Below are positions 24,741 through 37,522 of a stretch of DNA of 64,000 nt, in pieces. Made by a program: the position numbers and the translations under genes. The stretch's first letter is position 1. The number at the start of each line of letters is the position of its first letter. Origin of the DNA: Octopus sinensis (Eukaryota); assembly GCF_006345805.1 (NCBI RefSeq), contig NC_043022.1, positions 24,428,001 through 24,492,000 of the forward strand, given 5' to 3'. The notes under the pieces were generated by a model, which ran no database searches, was not told the DNA's origin, and saw nothing but the letters and a program-made list of their open reading frames with translations.

Positions 24741-24930
24741 GGATGTTACTGTAGCTTGTAGTCCCAGGAGAACATCTCCTCCAGCTGGCTTTAGGCACAC
24801 TTTCTGTGCCGTATCGGTATTTGCAAAGGGAGGTCATCCTTCCCTCATCAACCTAAGTGATACGCACGGACTGCAGTTTCTGGGTATTGACCCGTCATCA
24901 GCGCATGACAATCACCGGTTTTTGATGGAA
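24741..24930 (-). mobile_element. Hairpin-rich, GC-richer ~190-nt element carrying a hammerhead ribozyme (retrozyme- or Penelope-like)
   Basis: Minus-strand hairpins ggcaca-gaaag-tgtgcc, aggaga-tgt-tctcct and gggaagg-atga-cctccc lie downstream of the ribozyme motif. Confidence 0.5.
24863..24907 (-). ncRNA. Type I hammerhead ribozyme motif
   Basis: catgcg-CTGATGA-cgggt caat accca-GAA-ACTGCAGT-C-cgtgcg. Intact CUGAUGA, GAAA and GUC triplet; palindromic helix III; predicted cut between 24869 and 24868. One C.A mismatch at the base of stem II. Confidence 0.75.
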
Positions 24931-25109
24931 GGGAGTCCCAATGAAAATATTTATATCCTTTTTCCAGTAACTATTCGTCACTGATCTTGAAAACGTGTAT
25001 CACATTGTCATGCAGTTACTGTCTATACCTAGTTCAGAGATTTATTATTGCTAATATTCCTGCAAGTTACTTGGAATTTATTATTATTACTTATACAAAC
25101 ATGTTTCAG

Positions 25110-25430
25110 GTATAACCTCACTGTGTGACCATTGGGTGCCTTCTAATATAGCCTCAGGCCAACCAAAGCCTTGTGAGTGGATTTGGTAGATAGAAACTGA
25201 AAGAAGCCCTTTCTATATGTGTATGTGTTTGTCCCCTACCACTGCTTGACAACAAGTGTTGGTGTGTTTATGTGTCCATGACTTAGCGCTTGGAGAAAGG
25301 AGACCAATAAAATAAGCACCAGGCTTTAAAAAAAAGTACTGGGGGTGAATTCACTCAGCTAAAATACTTAAAGGTGATGCCCCAGCATGGCCACAGCCTA
25401 ATGACTGAAACAAGTAAGAGATAAAAGACA
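25110..25430 (+). mobile_element. Family A SINE, head degenerate
   Basis: 'ccaaagccttgtgagtggatttggtag...cccagcatggccacagcctaatgactgaaacaag'. Confidence 0.8.
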
Positions 25431-26339
25431 AAATCATTGATGATGGAGATGATGATGATGATGGTGATGATGATAAACCCTACACAAATAAGACAAGAAG
25501 GCTTCTATGTGTCATTCAAACAGCTAGAAATAGCAGCCAAATCTTTCGCAATCACACAAGCACTTTCTTTAAAAAAAAGCTGTATGGACACCATTAAATA
25601 ATGTAGTCTTAGATAGCTATAGAAAGAGAAAGTGGTTGCAGCTAAAACATCTGATCATAGACCTGCTTGATCAGCCTTGAACTAGAGCTAAACAACAGCA
25701 TCTTGCTCGTTCAAAATGCTTAGTACAAGCCTGGGAATTCAACCTTGTTAGTCTTCAACAGTTGCTAGTAATGTTCTCAGCATGGACCAAGTGTGATGGC
25801 GTCAGATTCTGAGCACTTTAAATATGCTATGCTAATACCACTCATGTTGTCTTGCATAGCGTGTCTCATCACACGCACACCAACACACACACACACACAC
25901 ACAGACACACGCACACACACACAAACACATACACACACGCACAGACACACACACAAACACAGACACACAACCAACCACTGAAGTTTAGGTCAGTTGTGTA
26001 TGGAAGAAGAAAAAAAGCAATGCACTACTACTGCTACTACTACTACTACTACTATCACTGCTGCTGCTGCTGCTGCTCCTACTACTACTACTAGTACTGG
26101 TGGTTCTCCAGAGATACTATTGATGAGATAACCCCACAACACAGCTGTAGCAGTGCTGATACAAAGTTCAAACAGAGATGATATGCACACAGTGGGCTGG
26201 AGGAAAGAATTGGTACTTGAAAGGTTAGTGAAAAATGGAAGAGAGAGGTGGGGGTGAGGGCGGGGTGGGGTGAAAGGAAGACAGCTGTTAGCTAACAAAG
26301 CAATAACAATTGTGAAAAGAGAGGAGGTGGTGGATAGTT

Positions 26340-27195
26340 TGTGCTTTCATGCCCAGCTACAGTCCACCACCACCACCAACACCACCATCGATGACATCAC
26401 CACCACTACTGACAATACCGCCACCGTTACCACTGCCAAGAAAACCACCGCTGACAGACAACACCGTCATCGTCACCATCATCATCTACCAACAATGTAA
26501 CCACCTCCTGCCATCACTAATCGTCATCATCATCATCGCTGCCAGCACCACCGTCGACATCAATACCACTACAGACACCACCACCGCCACTACCACACCA
26601 TCCTCAACAATACCAACACCACCATCACCAATATTCCTGCCAACATCAACATCAGCACCATTATGATTAACACCACCACCACCAGAACACCTATGCCATT
26701 AAAACCACCAAAATCACAACCATCCTCATCATTACCACCACTATCAGCACCACCAGCACTGTCATCATCATCACCAGCACCACTACCAACAACATAACCA
26801 CCTTCTGCCCCATCACCACCGTCGACATCAATACCACTACAGACACCACCACCACCACTACCACACCATCCTCAACAAAACAGCGGCAACACAATTAGCA
26901 TAACTACCATCCTCAACAATACCAACACCACCATCACCATCACCAATATTCCTGCCAACATCAACACCACCACCACTATCACCACCACCACCAGAACACC
27001 TACACCATTAAAACCACCAAAATCACTACCATCACCATCACCATCACCAATATTCCTGCCAACATCAACATCAGTACCATTATAATTAAAACCACCACCA
27101 CCACCACCAGAACACCTACGCCATTAAAGCCACCAAAATCACTACCATCATCATCATCACCACCACTATCAGCACCACCATCACCACCACTGTGC
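26340..27195. repeat. CAC/CAT-rich low-complexity tract with internal block duplications
   Basis: Blocks such as 'ccaccgtcgacatcaataccactacagacacc' and 'ccaatattcctgccaacatcaac' recur 2-3 times; stops in all frames. Confidence 0.8.
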
Positions 27196-27593
27196 AGTAA
27201 TGCAGAATAGCCTTAGATTACAAACAATGGTGTTTTTTGAACTTTTTTATATTCTCCATAACAGAAAGAGAAAGAGAGGAGTTAGTTCCAACGACACCTC
27301 CTACTAAACTCCTTCCATAGTTGAGTGACTATATCTTTTATCTTCTGCTTGTTTCACTTACTGAACTGTGGCCATGCTGGAGCACTGTCTTGAAGAGTTT
27401 TAGCCTAACAAATTGACCCTTATACTTGTTTTTTTTTTTTTTAAAGTTTGGTACTTAGCACTTTGATAAAAGAAAACGCTACAGGGACATAAACAAACCA
27501 TCACCAGACATCACACAGTGGTTCAGAACAAACATAACACACACACACACAAGAAAAGCAAAGTTAGCTTCAACAAGATTTAAATGCAAAACA

Positions 27594-27790
27594 ATAATAA
27601 TCCTTTCTACTTAAGGCATGAGGCCTGCAAATTTGGGGAAGAGGACTGATTGATTACATCAACCCCAGTGCTTAACTGGTACTTATTTCACTGACCTCGA
27701 AGGGTTGAAAGGCAACGTCGACCTTGGCAAAATTGAACTCAGAACGTAAAGACAGACTAAATGCTGCTAAGCATTTTGTCCAGTGTGCTA
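27594..27790 (-). mobile_element. Family C SINE, tail type 2
   Basis: Same structure as 7156-7392. Confidence 0.8.
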
Positions 27791-27821
27791 AAGATAATAA
27801 TAATAATAATAATAATAATAA

Positions 27822-28076
27822 TCCGAACGTGGCTGATGCCAGCGCCGCCTTGACTGGCTTCCGTGCCGGTGGCACGTAAAATGCACCAATCCGATCGTGG
27901 CCGTTGCACCCACTACACTCACGGAGTGGTTGGCGTTAGGAAGGGCATCCAGCTGTAGAAACACTGCCAGATCAGACTGGAGCCTGGTGCAGCCTTCTGG
28001 CTTCCCAGATCCCCGGTTGAACCGTCCAACCCATGCTAGCATGGAAAGCGGACGTTAAACGATGATGATGACGATG
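27822..28076 (+). mobile_element. Family D retroposon, well preserved
   Basis: 'gagtggttggcgttaggaagggcatccagctgtagaaac...catgctagcatggaaagcggacgttaaacgatgatg'. Confidence 0.9.
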
Positions 28077-28865
28077 AATAATAATAATAATAATAATATT
28101 ATTTCAAGGATGGGGAATTTCATTCAATTTTTCCTATTGAGTGCTTCCTCTCTGTCTGTCTGTCTCTCTGTCTCTCTCTCTCTCTCACACACACAGACAC
28201 ACACACACACACACACACACACAAAACTCTTTCCGTTTTGAAATTTCAAATTAATAAAACAGTGATATTTTCCCTGATTGGTTCATGAATACATCATAAC
28301 AATAAGTGTGTGTGTAGGAGAGGAGATTGAAATCCAAATTCAAATCAAAATTTAATAAAATAACTGAAACTATTTTATTTTATTTATTTTATTTTATTAT
28401 TTCTATCAAATCAAACTAGAAATTTCAGAGTTTTGTGTCGTTTCATTTATGTATTTATGTATTTATTTATTCATTTTCTTTCTTGTTTGTCTTTTGAAAC
28501 TAAATTTTGATTAGAGTTTTAAATTTAAATTTCAGTTTTCAATTTTTATTAGCAGTAGTCATGTGTGTGTGTGTGTGAGCGAGAATGTTGTGTGGTGGCA
28601 GATGGAGTGGGTGGGGAGAATAGAGAACCCCACCCTCACCCCACCCCTTAGCTTTGACAATTGGAAACTTCATACAGGAAAATTACAAACAAAAATAATG
28701 GTGGGGGTGGGGGAGTGGAGTGAAAAAAAAAAAGAGAGAAAAGAGCGAGCAGGCAAGGATTGGGGTCATTAATTGAAAAATTTCTATTCCTGATAAATAT
28801 TGATAAGGAAATTAGATGAGCGAGAGAGAGTTTTAGAGAGATGTAGCAAGGAAGCGGGAGAGATG

Positions 28866-28904
<39 letters not shown>

Positions 28905-29162
28905 TGTATGAAACTAGACACTTCCAGATACTTTGATATTCCAGCCAGCTTATACTTGTCAAAGACCTCACTACAGGAGTAAACACCACAGATTCTGTGA
29001 GCAGAGACTTAAAAAAAAAGACATTCTTCACTGTTCAATGAAGGAGGAGTCACAAGACAATTATGGTTCCTTTCAACAACATAAACACACCAGGCACGGC
29101 TGTGTGGTTAAGAAGTTTGCTCCCCAACCATCTGGTTTCAGGTTCAGTCCCATTGTGTGGTG

Positions 29163-29464
29163 TGGAGGCACAAAGCCTAGTGGTTAGGGCAGCGGACTCG
29201 CAGTCGAAAGATCGCAGGTTCGAATCTCAGACCGGGCAATGTGTGTGTTTATAAGCGAAACACCTAAGCTCCACGCGGCTCTGGCAGAAGGTAATAGTGA
29301 ACCTCTGCTGACTTATTCGCCACGACTTCCTCTCACTTTTTCTTCCTGCATCTTGCAGCTCACCTGCGACGGACCAGCGTCCCGTCCAGGTGAGGAACTT
29401 ATACGCCAAGAAACCGGCCCTTATGAGCCAGGCATGGCTCGAGAAGGAACAAACAAACAAAACA
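29163..29464 (+). mobile_element. Family B SINE, tail type 2, inserted in the head of a family A SINE
   Basis: 12-bp TSD cattgtgtggtg at 29151-29162 and 29465-29476; (AAAC)n end; host A spans ~29088-29550. Confidence 0.93.
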
Positions 29465-30018
29465 CATTGTGTGGTGCTTTGAGCAAGAGTTTTCTGCTAT
29501 AATTCCAGGTTGACCAAAGCCTTGAGTGGATTTGGTAGATAGAAATTTATTTAAAAAAACCTGATGGGCCCAAATACTGCATTGTACTCCAGGGTCTGCC
29601 ATGCCAAAGTAGACACTGGTGACTGACGCAATCCTTGGATACATCAGATCCTGTCAAACTGTACAACCCAAGCCAGCATGGACCATGGGCCTAAAAATGA
29701 CGATGGCAATGATGCATACATACTTAAATACTTACGATTCTATTACATACATCAATACATATGAATGTATGTGTTGCTATGTGCATGTTTGCATGTCCAT
29801 GTCTTGCATGTCCATGTCTTGACATCACATGACAGCTGTAAATGAGTTTCACTGTCACACAAGCAATGTTGTTCCTTTTCTAGATCCTGCTATAAAACAT
29901 TAGGCCATGAGGAAATATCACCTGGTGAGGGTTGGCAATAATGAGGGAATTCAGCTGTAAAAAATCTGCCTCGATAAATGCTACCTAACTCAAGCAAGCA
30001 TGGACAAGTGAATATTAA

Positions 30019-30238
30019 CCCTTTCGTTACCAACCCGGCTAAAACCGGCTCTGGCTCTGAGTACAAATGCCTTGTTTTCATAAGTTTTGAATTAAAATTT
30101 TCCCCCAAACCTTAGTCACAATTTATGTTCCTAACACTAACTGAATGTTAACTAAGTTATTTTACTAAATTCTTTGTTATATTTAAAGTAATTCAAAGAA
30201 ACACAGAGCATCTCAAAATAAATACAGTAATGAAAGGG
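30019..30238 (+). mobile_element. Family F MITE
   Basis: ttaa|ccctttcgttacc ... gtaatgaaaggg|tcaa. Confidence 0.9.
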
Positions 30239-30780
30239 TCAAAGTGATCTTGAGACACATGCACACATGCTTTTCTTGGACTATTCTTTACTTTCTCTCC
30301 AGACCTTTCCACTTTCTGACAAAGAGCTATGCTTGAAATGTCACCCACCCCACTCTTTTCTCCATTGTACATTAACTGTCTCTTTTACTCTTTTACTCGT
30401 TTCCCAGTATTTTGGTCCCAGTATTTAATCAACAAATAACCATCACAAATTCTAACAATTATATATGCCAGTGAATAAGATGCACTTTTTTTATTCTTAA
30501 ATGGAATAAAATAATTGACATGTGTCTAATGCAACTATATTACAAATGGGATACTGAGTGTGTGAGGAAACATTAAACTTGTTTCTCTCCACAAGAAAAA
30601 AACAACTTTTTTTCCTAAAAGAAAATAAGAGCTTGTCTTTGTAAGAGTATGTCTTATATCTCAGTAAATATGGTAAACACAGACATTCATATTTTTACTA
30701 ACTAAAGCCTAACAATCAGATCGGACAATTATTTCTTAGAGAAACATAAACTGCCAAGCAACAACCAAAGATGATGATGT

Positions 30781-30781
30781 C

Positions 30782-30814
<33 letters not shown>

Positions 30815-31165
30815 CCTTTCTACTATAGACACAAGGATTGAAATTTTGCAGATGGAAGCTAGCCTATTACATCGACCCCCAGGGCTCAACTGGTACTAAT
30901 TTTATCAACTTCAAAAGGATAAAAGGCAAAGTTGACCTCAGTAGAATTTGAACTCAGAACATAAAGCTAGAAGAAATGCTGCTTAGCATTTAGGCCAGCT
31001 CATTGCCTTTAGTAACAATAATAATAATAATAATGGTTTCAAATTTTTGCACTAGGCCAGCAAGTCAATTGCATCGACCCCATGTTATCAAAAGGATGAA
31101 AGGTAAAGTCAACCTCAGCAGAATTTGAACTCAGAGCATAAAGATGGATAAAATCCCACATAGCA
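30781..31165 (-). mobile_element. Two adjacent family C SINEs, tail types 2 and 3
   Basis: Two 'aaaaggat(a/g)aaagg(c/t)aaagt...gaatttgaactcaga' blocks, each preceded by (AAT)n. Confidence 0.75.
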
Positions 31166-31167
31166 TT

Positions 31168-31582
31168 TCTCTCTTTACTCTCTTTTTACTCTTTTTATTG
31201 TTTCAGTCATTTGACTGCGGCCATGCTGGAGTACCGCCTTTTAGTTGAGCAAATCGACCCCAGGTCTTATTCTTTGTAAGCCTAGTACTTATTCTATCAG
31301 TCTCTTTTGCCGAACCGCTAAGTAACGGGGACCTAAACATACCAGCATCGGTTGTCAAGCGATGTTGGGGGGGACAAACACAGACACAAACACACACACA
31401 CACACACATATATATACATATACAACAGGCTTCTTTCAGTTTCCGTCTACCAAATCCACTCACAAGGCTTTGGTCGGCCCGAGGCTATAGTAGAAGACAC
31501 TTTCCCAAGGTGCCACGCAGTGGGACTGAACCCGGAACCATGTGGTTGGTAAGCAGGCTACTTACCACACAGTCACTCCTGC
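31168..31582 (-). mobile_element. Family A SINE, full length, young
   Basis: Near-identical to the reverse of 6443-6846. Confidence 0.93.
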
Positions 31583-31639
31583 GCCCAGCATGCCAACTAT
31601 TCAGCCAGTTTGCCACCCTTATAATAATAATAATGATAA

Positions 31640-31876
31640 TAACAATAATAATAATAATCTTTTCTACTAAAGGCACAAGGCCTGAAATTTTGGGGGGGAG
31701 AGGGCTAATCGATAACATGGACCCCAGTATTTCGCCGGTACTTAATTTATCAAGCCTGAAAGGATGAAAGGCAAAGTCAACCTCGACAGAATTTGAACTC
31801 AGAATGTAAAGACGGACGAAATGCCACTAAGCATTTTTACCCGGCGTGTTAACAATTCTGCCAGCTCGCCGCCTTC
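31640..31876 (-). mobile_element. Family C SINE, tail type 2, full length
   Basis: Runs from (AAT)n 'cttttctactaaaggcacaaggcctg' to 'ctgccagctcgccgcct'. Confidence 0.88.
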
Positions 31877-32299
31877 AATAATAATAATAATGATAATAAT
31901 AATGATAATAATAAGCAACCTCATAAATGTCTTCAGTCTATTGTTAAAAGAAGAGAAATGTAATCCAAACAGGCTTGCATAATGTAGTTTAGATAAACAA
32001 ACTCTGTATTGTAGTCAAACATGGCAAGAAAGATAGAAAGGAGAGAAGGAAAGGGGGGAGGAGGAAGGCATTTAAATAGAAGTAAAGAGAAATATTTTTG
32101 GCAAAACAGCAAAAATATAGTTCTACATGATTCCACTGGCAGATTATCTTAGCCGGTATCATCATCATCATCATCGTCATCGACAACTGCAACAATGTTA
32201 AAGGGGAATTATTCTGTTGAATAATAAAACAGAAACAACAACAAAAAAAAACGGTGATGAACAGTCGGATATGAATGATGAAAATTACTACTAAATATC

Positions 32300-32745
32300 A
32301 TATTGGAATAAAACCTCAGTGATTGATAGTGGTAGAGTGGGGGGGAGGAGTGGGAGAGAGAGAGAGAAAGAGAGACAAAGAGATACAGGGTGAGAGAAAA
32401 ACAGAATAGAGAAGATGCACAGATATAAAGAGGAGATAGGGAGAAAGAGGTGTAGGTATAAAGAGAGATACAGGTAGACAAATACAATGAGAAAGAGAGA
32501 GAGAGAGAGAGAGATGAAGAGACAGTCAGATACAGAGGAAGAGAAAGAGAGGGAGAGAGATGAGGAGACAGTCAGATACAGAGGAAGAGAAAGAGAGGAG
32601 ATATGCATGGAAAATGAGTAAGAGAGGGGATCTATAGAAAGAGAGATAGAAAGGGACAGAAAGATAGATATATATATAGAGAGGATGAGGAGAGAAAGAT
32701 ATAGAGTGGAGAGAGGGAAGAACAGAGAGAAGGAAAAAGAGATAC

Positions 32746-32783
<38 letters not shown>

Positions 32784-33096
32784 AGAGAGAGTGTGTGTGA
32801 GTGTGAAAGAGGGAGAGAAATAGAAAGAAGAGGAAACACAGAAACAGATAGACAGACAAATAGTGAGAACAAGAGAAATAAAGGGAAAGAGAGAAATGAA
32901 AGGAGAAGGAGAGAGAGAGAGAGAGAGAGAGAGAGAAGCTGACAGACAGACAGACAAAGAGAAAGAACGATGGTAGGAGAAGCAAGTGAATGGATGCAAA
33001 GTCAGATGAAATTAAGAACAATCTGTGATGAAACGAGAAGAAAGTCCATTGAAGAAAATCTATGCAAGAAAAAAATGAGAGAGAGAGAAAGAGAGA

Positions 33097-33140
<44 letters not shown>
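32300..33140. repeat. Purine-rich (GA)n compound tract ending in (GT)n
   Basis: Read directly; includes a duplicated 'agacagtcagatacagaggaagagaaagag'. Confidence 0.9.
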
Positions 33141-33144
<4 letters not shown>

Positions 33145-33699
33145 CGTTGGCAAAGCTGGTGGCCTGCACATACAAGCTGTGTGTGTGTGTGTGTGTATGG
33201 CATGGCCTCATTTCTGCCTGTCAAGATATGTGCACTGAGAGCTTAGCAGCGAGTCTTGCACACTGCTGGTGATGTTAAAGAAATCTGACTTGCTTGCTGA
33301 CAACTTCCTCACCGACACAACACACGCTGCCACTGCCAACTCCTTCATCTCCTTTCCTTTCCTCTCTCCTTCCTCCTCCTCCTACAACTACTACCACTAC
33401 TACTGCTGCTGCTGCTGCTGCCGCTGCCATAACATTAGCAAAACTCCAAGGGGGGAAAAAAAAAGCACAGAGCAACAAACAGTAAAACAAATCCATCGTA
33501 GATATCAAAATACCTTGTGCAAACCACAAGAGAGAGAGAGAGAATGAGAGAAAGAAAGAGAGAGAGAGAGAGAGAGAGAATGAGAGAGAGAGAATGTTTG
33601 TGTCTGTATGTGTGCATGTAGATGAGTCTGCATTTAGACATACAGCTATATATCTTTACACATTTAAGCCTTTTACATATAAACACACACACACATTTT

Positions 33700-33713
33700 G
33701 TTACATATATGTA

Positions 33714-33752
<39 letters not shown>

Positions 33753-34089
33753 ACACACACAGAAACCTCCACAGATACACAAGTACATGCTCAGAAGTGT
33801 GTCTGCGCATGTATGATTCTATACAGGACTGTTTGGTTGTAGCTTCTCCCATACACGCAGCAACGGCTGTAAGTATGTATACACACCGAAAACCCTTATA
33901 CATAAACACACATGCTCACACAATGCGTGTATTTGTGCCAGAGCATCTGTATCTGTTGTGCAAAGCATTGGTTTGTGTTTTCCCCCCCAACATTATACAT
34001 GCATTTGCACACACACACTCCTAGACCCAAGCATTATACAAACACACACGCACGCATTTTGTTAGATATGTACACACACACACACACAG

Positions 34090-34126
<37 letters not shown>

Positions 34127-34315
34127 TACACACACATACACACGCACACACCTAAACCTTCACAGATACACAAGTACACGCTCAGAAGTGTGTTTGTGCA
34201 TGTATGATTCTATACAGGCCTGTTTGATTGTAGCTTTTCCCATACACACAGCTATACATGCATTTGCACACACACAGACACACACACACACACACACCAC
34301 TCCTAGACCCAAGCA

Positions 34316-34348
<33 letters not shown>

Positions 34349-34350
34349 CA
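33700..34350. repeat. Old local tandem duplication, ~390-bp period, between (CA)n tracts
   Basis: 'cacagatacacaagtaca(t/c)gctcagaagtgtgt...gtatgattctatacagg' at ~33770 and ~34161. Confidence 0.8.
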
Positions 34351-34734
34351 TTATTACAAATACACATAAACATGCACTATCACCAATGAGTTTCCCATTT
34401 TCCTCTCTAGTCAGGTGGCTTGAAATGTTTTAAGTATGTTCTCTCATGGAATGCCTTTCATTACACATTTGCATTACAGATTTTCCACAACAGACATTCA
34501 GCTATACATATGTATATACATACACACACACAGATATGTATATATTGTTTGAGTGTTTGTATAGATATACACACACACAAATATGTTATGACATTAATAC
34601 TGTTATACACTAAGTCCAACATTTCCATCTCCACGGCAACTGTTACTAGGGATGTGGCATTAGACAATAAAACATACATTAACTGACACTCTCAAAGACA
34701 TAATCCTGTAGAGCAGATCAAGTGTAGATTAGAC

Positions 34735-35412
34735 TGGGTGGTGATTAGATAGGGTATGGATGAGGCCCTGAGTATGGACGAAGTTGAGGCTGAATATGGG
34801 TGAGGCAGGGTGTGGATGAGGCCGAGTGCAGGCGAGGCAGAGTGTGGATGAGGCTGAGTGTAGACGAATGTGTGTCAGGTCGAGTATGAATGAGGCTGAG
34901 AGCAGATGAGGCTGAGTGTGGTTGAGGCTGAGCGTGGATGAGACTGAGTGTGGATGAGGCTGAGTGTGGATGAGGCTGAGTGTGGATGAGGCTGAGTGTG
35001 GATGAGGCTGAGCATAGATGAGGCTGAGTATCAATGAGGCTGAGTGTGGATGAGGTTGAGTATGAATGAGACTGAGAGCAGATGAGGTTGAGTGTGGATG
35101 AGGCTAAGTGTGGATGAGGCTGAGTATGAATGAGGCTGAGAGCAGATGAGGTTGAGTGTGGATGAGGCTGAGTGTGGATGAGGTTGAGTGTGGATGAGGC
35201 TGAGTGTGGATGAGGTTGAGTGTGGATGAGGCTGAGTGTGGATGAGGTTGAGTGTGGATGAGGCTGAATATGGATGAGGCCAAGTGTAGATGAATGTATG
35301 TCAGGTCGAGTATGAATGAGGCTGAGTGTCGATGAGGCCTAGTGTGAACAAGGCCGAATGCGCACAAGGCCAAGTATAGGTGTGGCTGAGAGTAAATGAG
35401 GGTGAGTGTGGA
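34735..35412. repeat. 16-bp minisatellite (tgaggctgagtgtgga)
   Basis: Dozens of units; the variant block 'gaatgt(g/a)tgtcaggtcgagtatgaa' recurs at ~34865 and ~35292. Confidence 0.92.
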
Positions 35413-35644
35413 TCAGACTTTGTATAGATCAGTCTGCAGTACATCAGGTCTGTGAGATGCTATCAAATTTCAGACTGGCCTTCTTGAGTGATAAGACTTC
35501 ATAGCAGCACATAGTACCTTAGGTACCTTTATCAGAGTCCATTCTGTTACATGCTTTCAAGTTATGCCTCTGGTAAAGGGTAAAAAACCTTGCTCCCGCC
35601 CTTCTACAAATCATGGAGGTCTTCTGAAGGGTCAAGAGCACTTC

Positions 35645-35697
35645 CTTCCCAAAGTACTTAAGTGGATTTGGTAGACAGAAACTGAAAGAAGCCCACA

Positions 35698-35742
<45 letters not shown>

Positions 35743-35975
35743 ATTATATATATATATATACATACATACAAATATAACCCACAGCTGCCTGACAATCAAT
35801 GTTGGGTTGCTTGTGTACCTGTAACTTAGCAGTTCAGAAAGAGAGAGACTGATAGAATAAGTATCAAGCTTGGGGTGGGGTGGGAGATGCACAGGGGGGT
35901 CAATTTGTTCAATGAAATTCTCCGAGGTGGTGCCCAGCATGGCCATAGTCGAAACAAGTAATAGATAAAAGATAA
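35645..35975 (+). mobile_element. Family A SINE 3' two-thirds
   Basis: 'gtggatttggtagacagaaactgaaagaagccc...ggtggtgcccagcatggcc'. Confidence 0.78.
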
Positions 35976-36588
35976 GAACTTTAAGCAAACATAACTGCTA
36001 ATCCATTGTATGAACTTGTCAGGCGGGGAAAAAACCCCCAAAAGACTGGGGATTATCCAGAGATGACTGAAGATTAAAAAAATACCACCACCATCACCAC
36101 CACAATTTGGCTTTTGGGTACATTTTTAACAGGGAATCCCGTCTGTTGCTATTCTATTCAGACCAGGTCTTGGGTCTAAAAATAACTCAATATCTTTGCT
36201 ATGCTCTACTTTCTTCGGCAATTAAATCTACAAACTTTAGTTTCTTCCTCTTAGCCTTCCTATTATTCTCAGAACAGAAACCCTTTAAAAAAAAAAACAA
36301 AAAGGGTCTTCTTCCTCTCTGGCTAAAGGGAAAGTAAACCTGGGCCAGCAGGTTTTAAAGCAGCAACTTCTTTAACCATAATAGCTAATCCAGATTGAGA
36401 AAATATTGACAAAATATCAAATATCGCCCAAGGGAACCTAAGACATGGAAACTAAAAATAAGGATAGCCATTGGAGGTGATGGTGTAATACTACTGATAG
36501 TTGGTGTCAGCAGGAGTTAAGACAGGAAACATACTGCTACTACTACTACTACTACTATTACTACCACTACTACTACTACTACTACTAC

Positions 36589-36876
36589 TTTTCCGCCCTT
36601 TTCAAGCCTAGCCAGGCTCATGGACCCGGTTTCTGTGGTGTATGTGTTCCCCCCAGCTGGACGGGATGCCAGTCCACCGCAGAGTTACCCAAGAAACAGG
36701 AAGAGAGAGTGAGAGAAAGTTGTGACGAAAGAGTACAACAGGGGTCGCCGCCACCCCCTGCCGGAGCCTCGCGGAGCTTTTAGGTGTTTTCATTCAATAA
36801 ACACACTCAACGCCCGATCTGGGAATCGAAACTGCGATCCTCCGACTGTGAGTTCGCTGCCCTAACCACTGAGCCT

Positions 36877-36877
<1 letters not shown>
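36589..36877 (-). mobile_element. Family B SINE, tail type 3, (TAG)n end
   Basis: B body, then '...gcggtggactggcatcccgtccagctgg...ccatgagcctggctaggcttgaaaagggcgg'; flanked by (TAC)n. Confidence 0.88.
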
Positions 36878-36904
<27 letters not shown>

Positions 36905-36907
<3 letters not shown>

Positions 36908-37085
36908 AATAATAATAATAATGGTTTCAAATTTTGGTGCAAGACCAGTAAGTTCAAGGGAGGGGCTAGTCAATTACATCAGGCCCGGTGCTCAACTGGT
37001 GCTTATTTTATTGATGCCAAAAGGATGAGAGGCAAAGTCAACCCTGGCAGAATTTGAATTCAGAACATACAGACGGACAAAATGC
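36905..37085 (-). mobile_element. Family C SINE, tail type 3
   Basis: (AAT)n 'ggtttcaaattttggtgcaagaccag' tail, shared with ~18250 and ~31030. Confidence 0.78.
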
Positions 37086-37522
37086 AGATCTATGTATGTT
37101 GAAATACCATGGGGCTGTGTATAGTCATGGAAGACAACACAGATTATACTGAGCTTTAAGAGTATCACAAAATACAACAACAAAAGATCTATTTTAAGAA
37201 TGCCACAACACATAAGATATATTGCATATTAAGCTTCTTTTTTTTCTGGTTTCTCTAAATGCATTAATTTGTTGCTAATCAATGCATTTATTAAATCTCA
37301 GAGATACATCTTAATTTTGGTGATGACTAGCAATAAATGATTCTGGATGAACAACAGTACTAAATTAATTAAGTTGTTAGCATAATTATGTTAACATAGT
37401 AATGTAGTATGGAAGAGAGACAATGAGGAGTAAGACAGTGCATAGTGAGATTATTACGGTAGTAGTAAATAGTAAAGAGGTAGTGGAGGATATAGAGAGT
37501 TATTATATCAATGCGGGGAAGG

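Noticed and set aside
24741-24790. HDV-like or twister ribozyme in 'ggatgttactgtagcttgtagtcccaggagaacatct'
   Set aside because: A 7-bp P1-like helix with a G.U pair exists, but P3/L3, P1.1 and J4/2 cannot be built. The 'uacaagc' twister-like loop lacks P4 and P2.
26270-27195. Mucin-like Thr/Pro-rich ORFs
   Set aside because: Frequent stops and frame changes; explained by CAC-rich low complexity.
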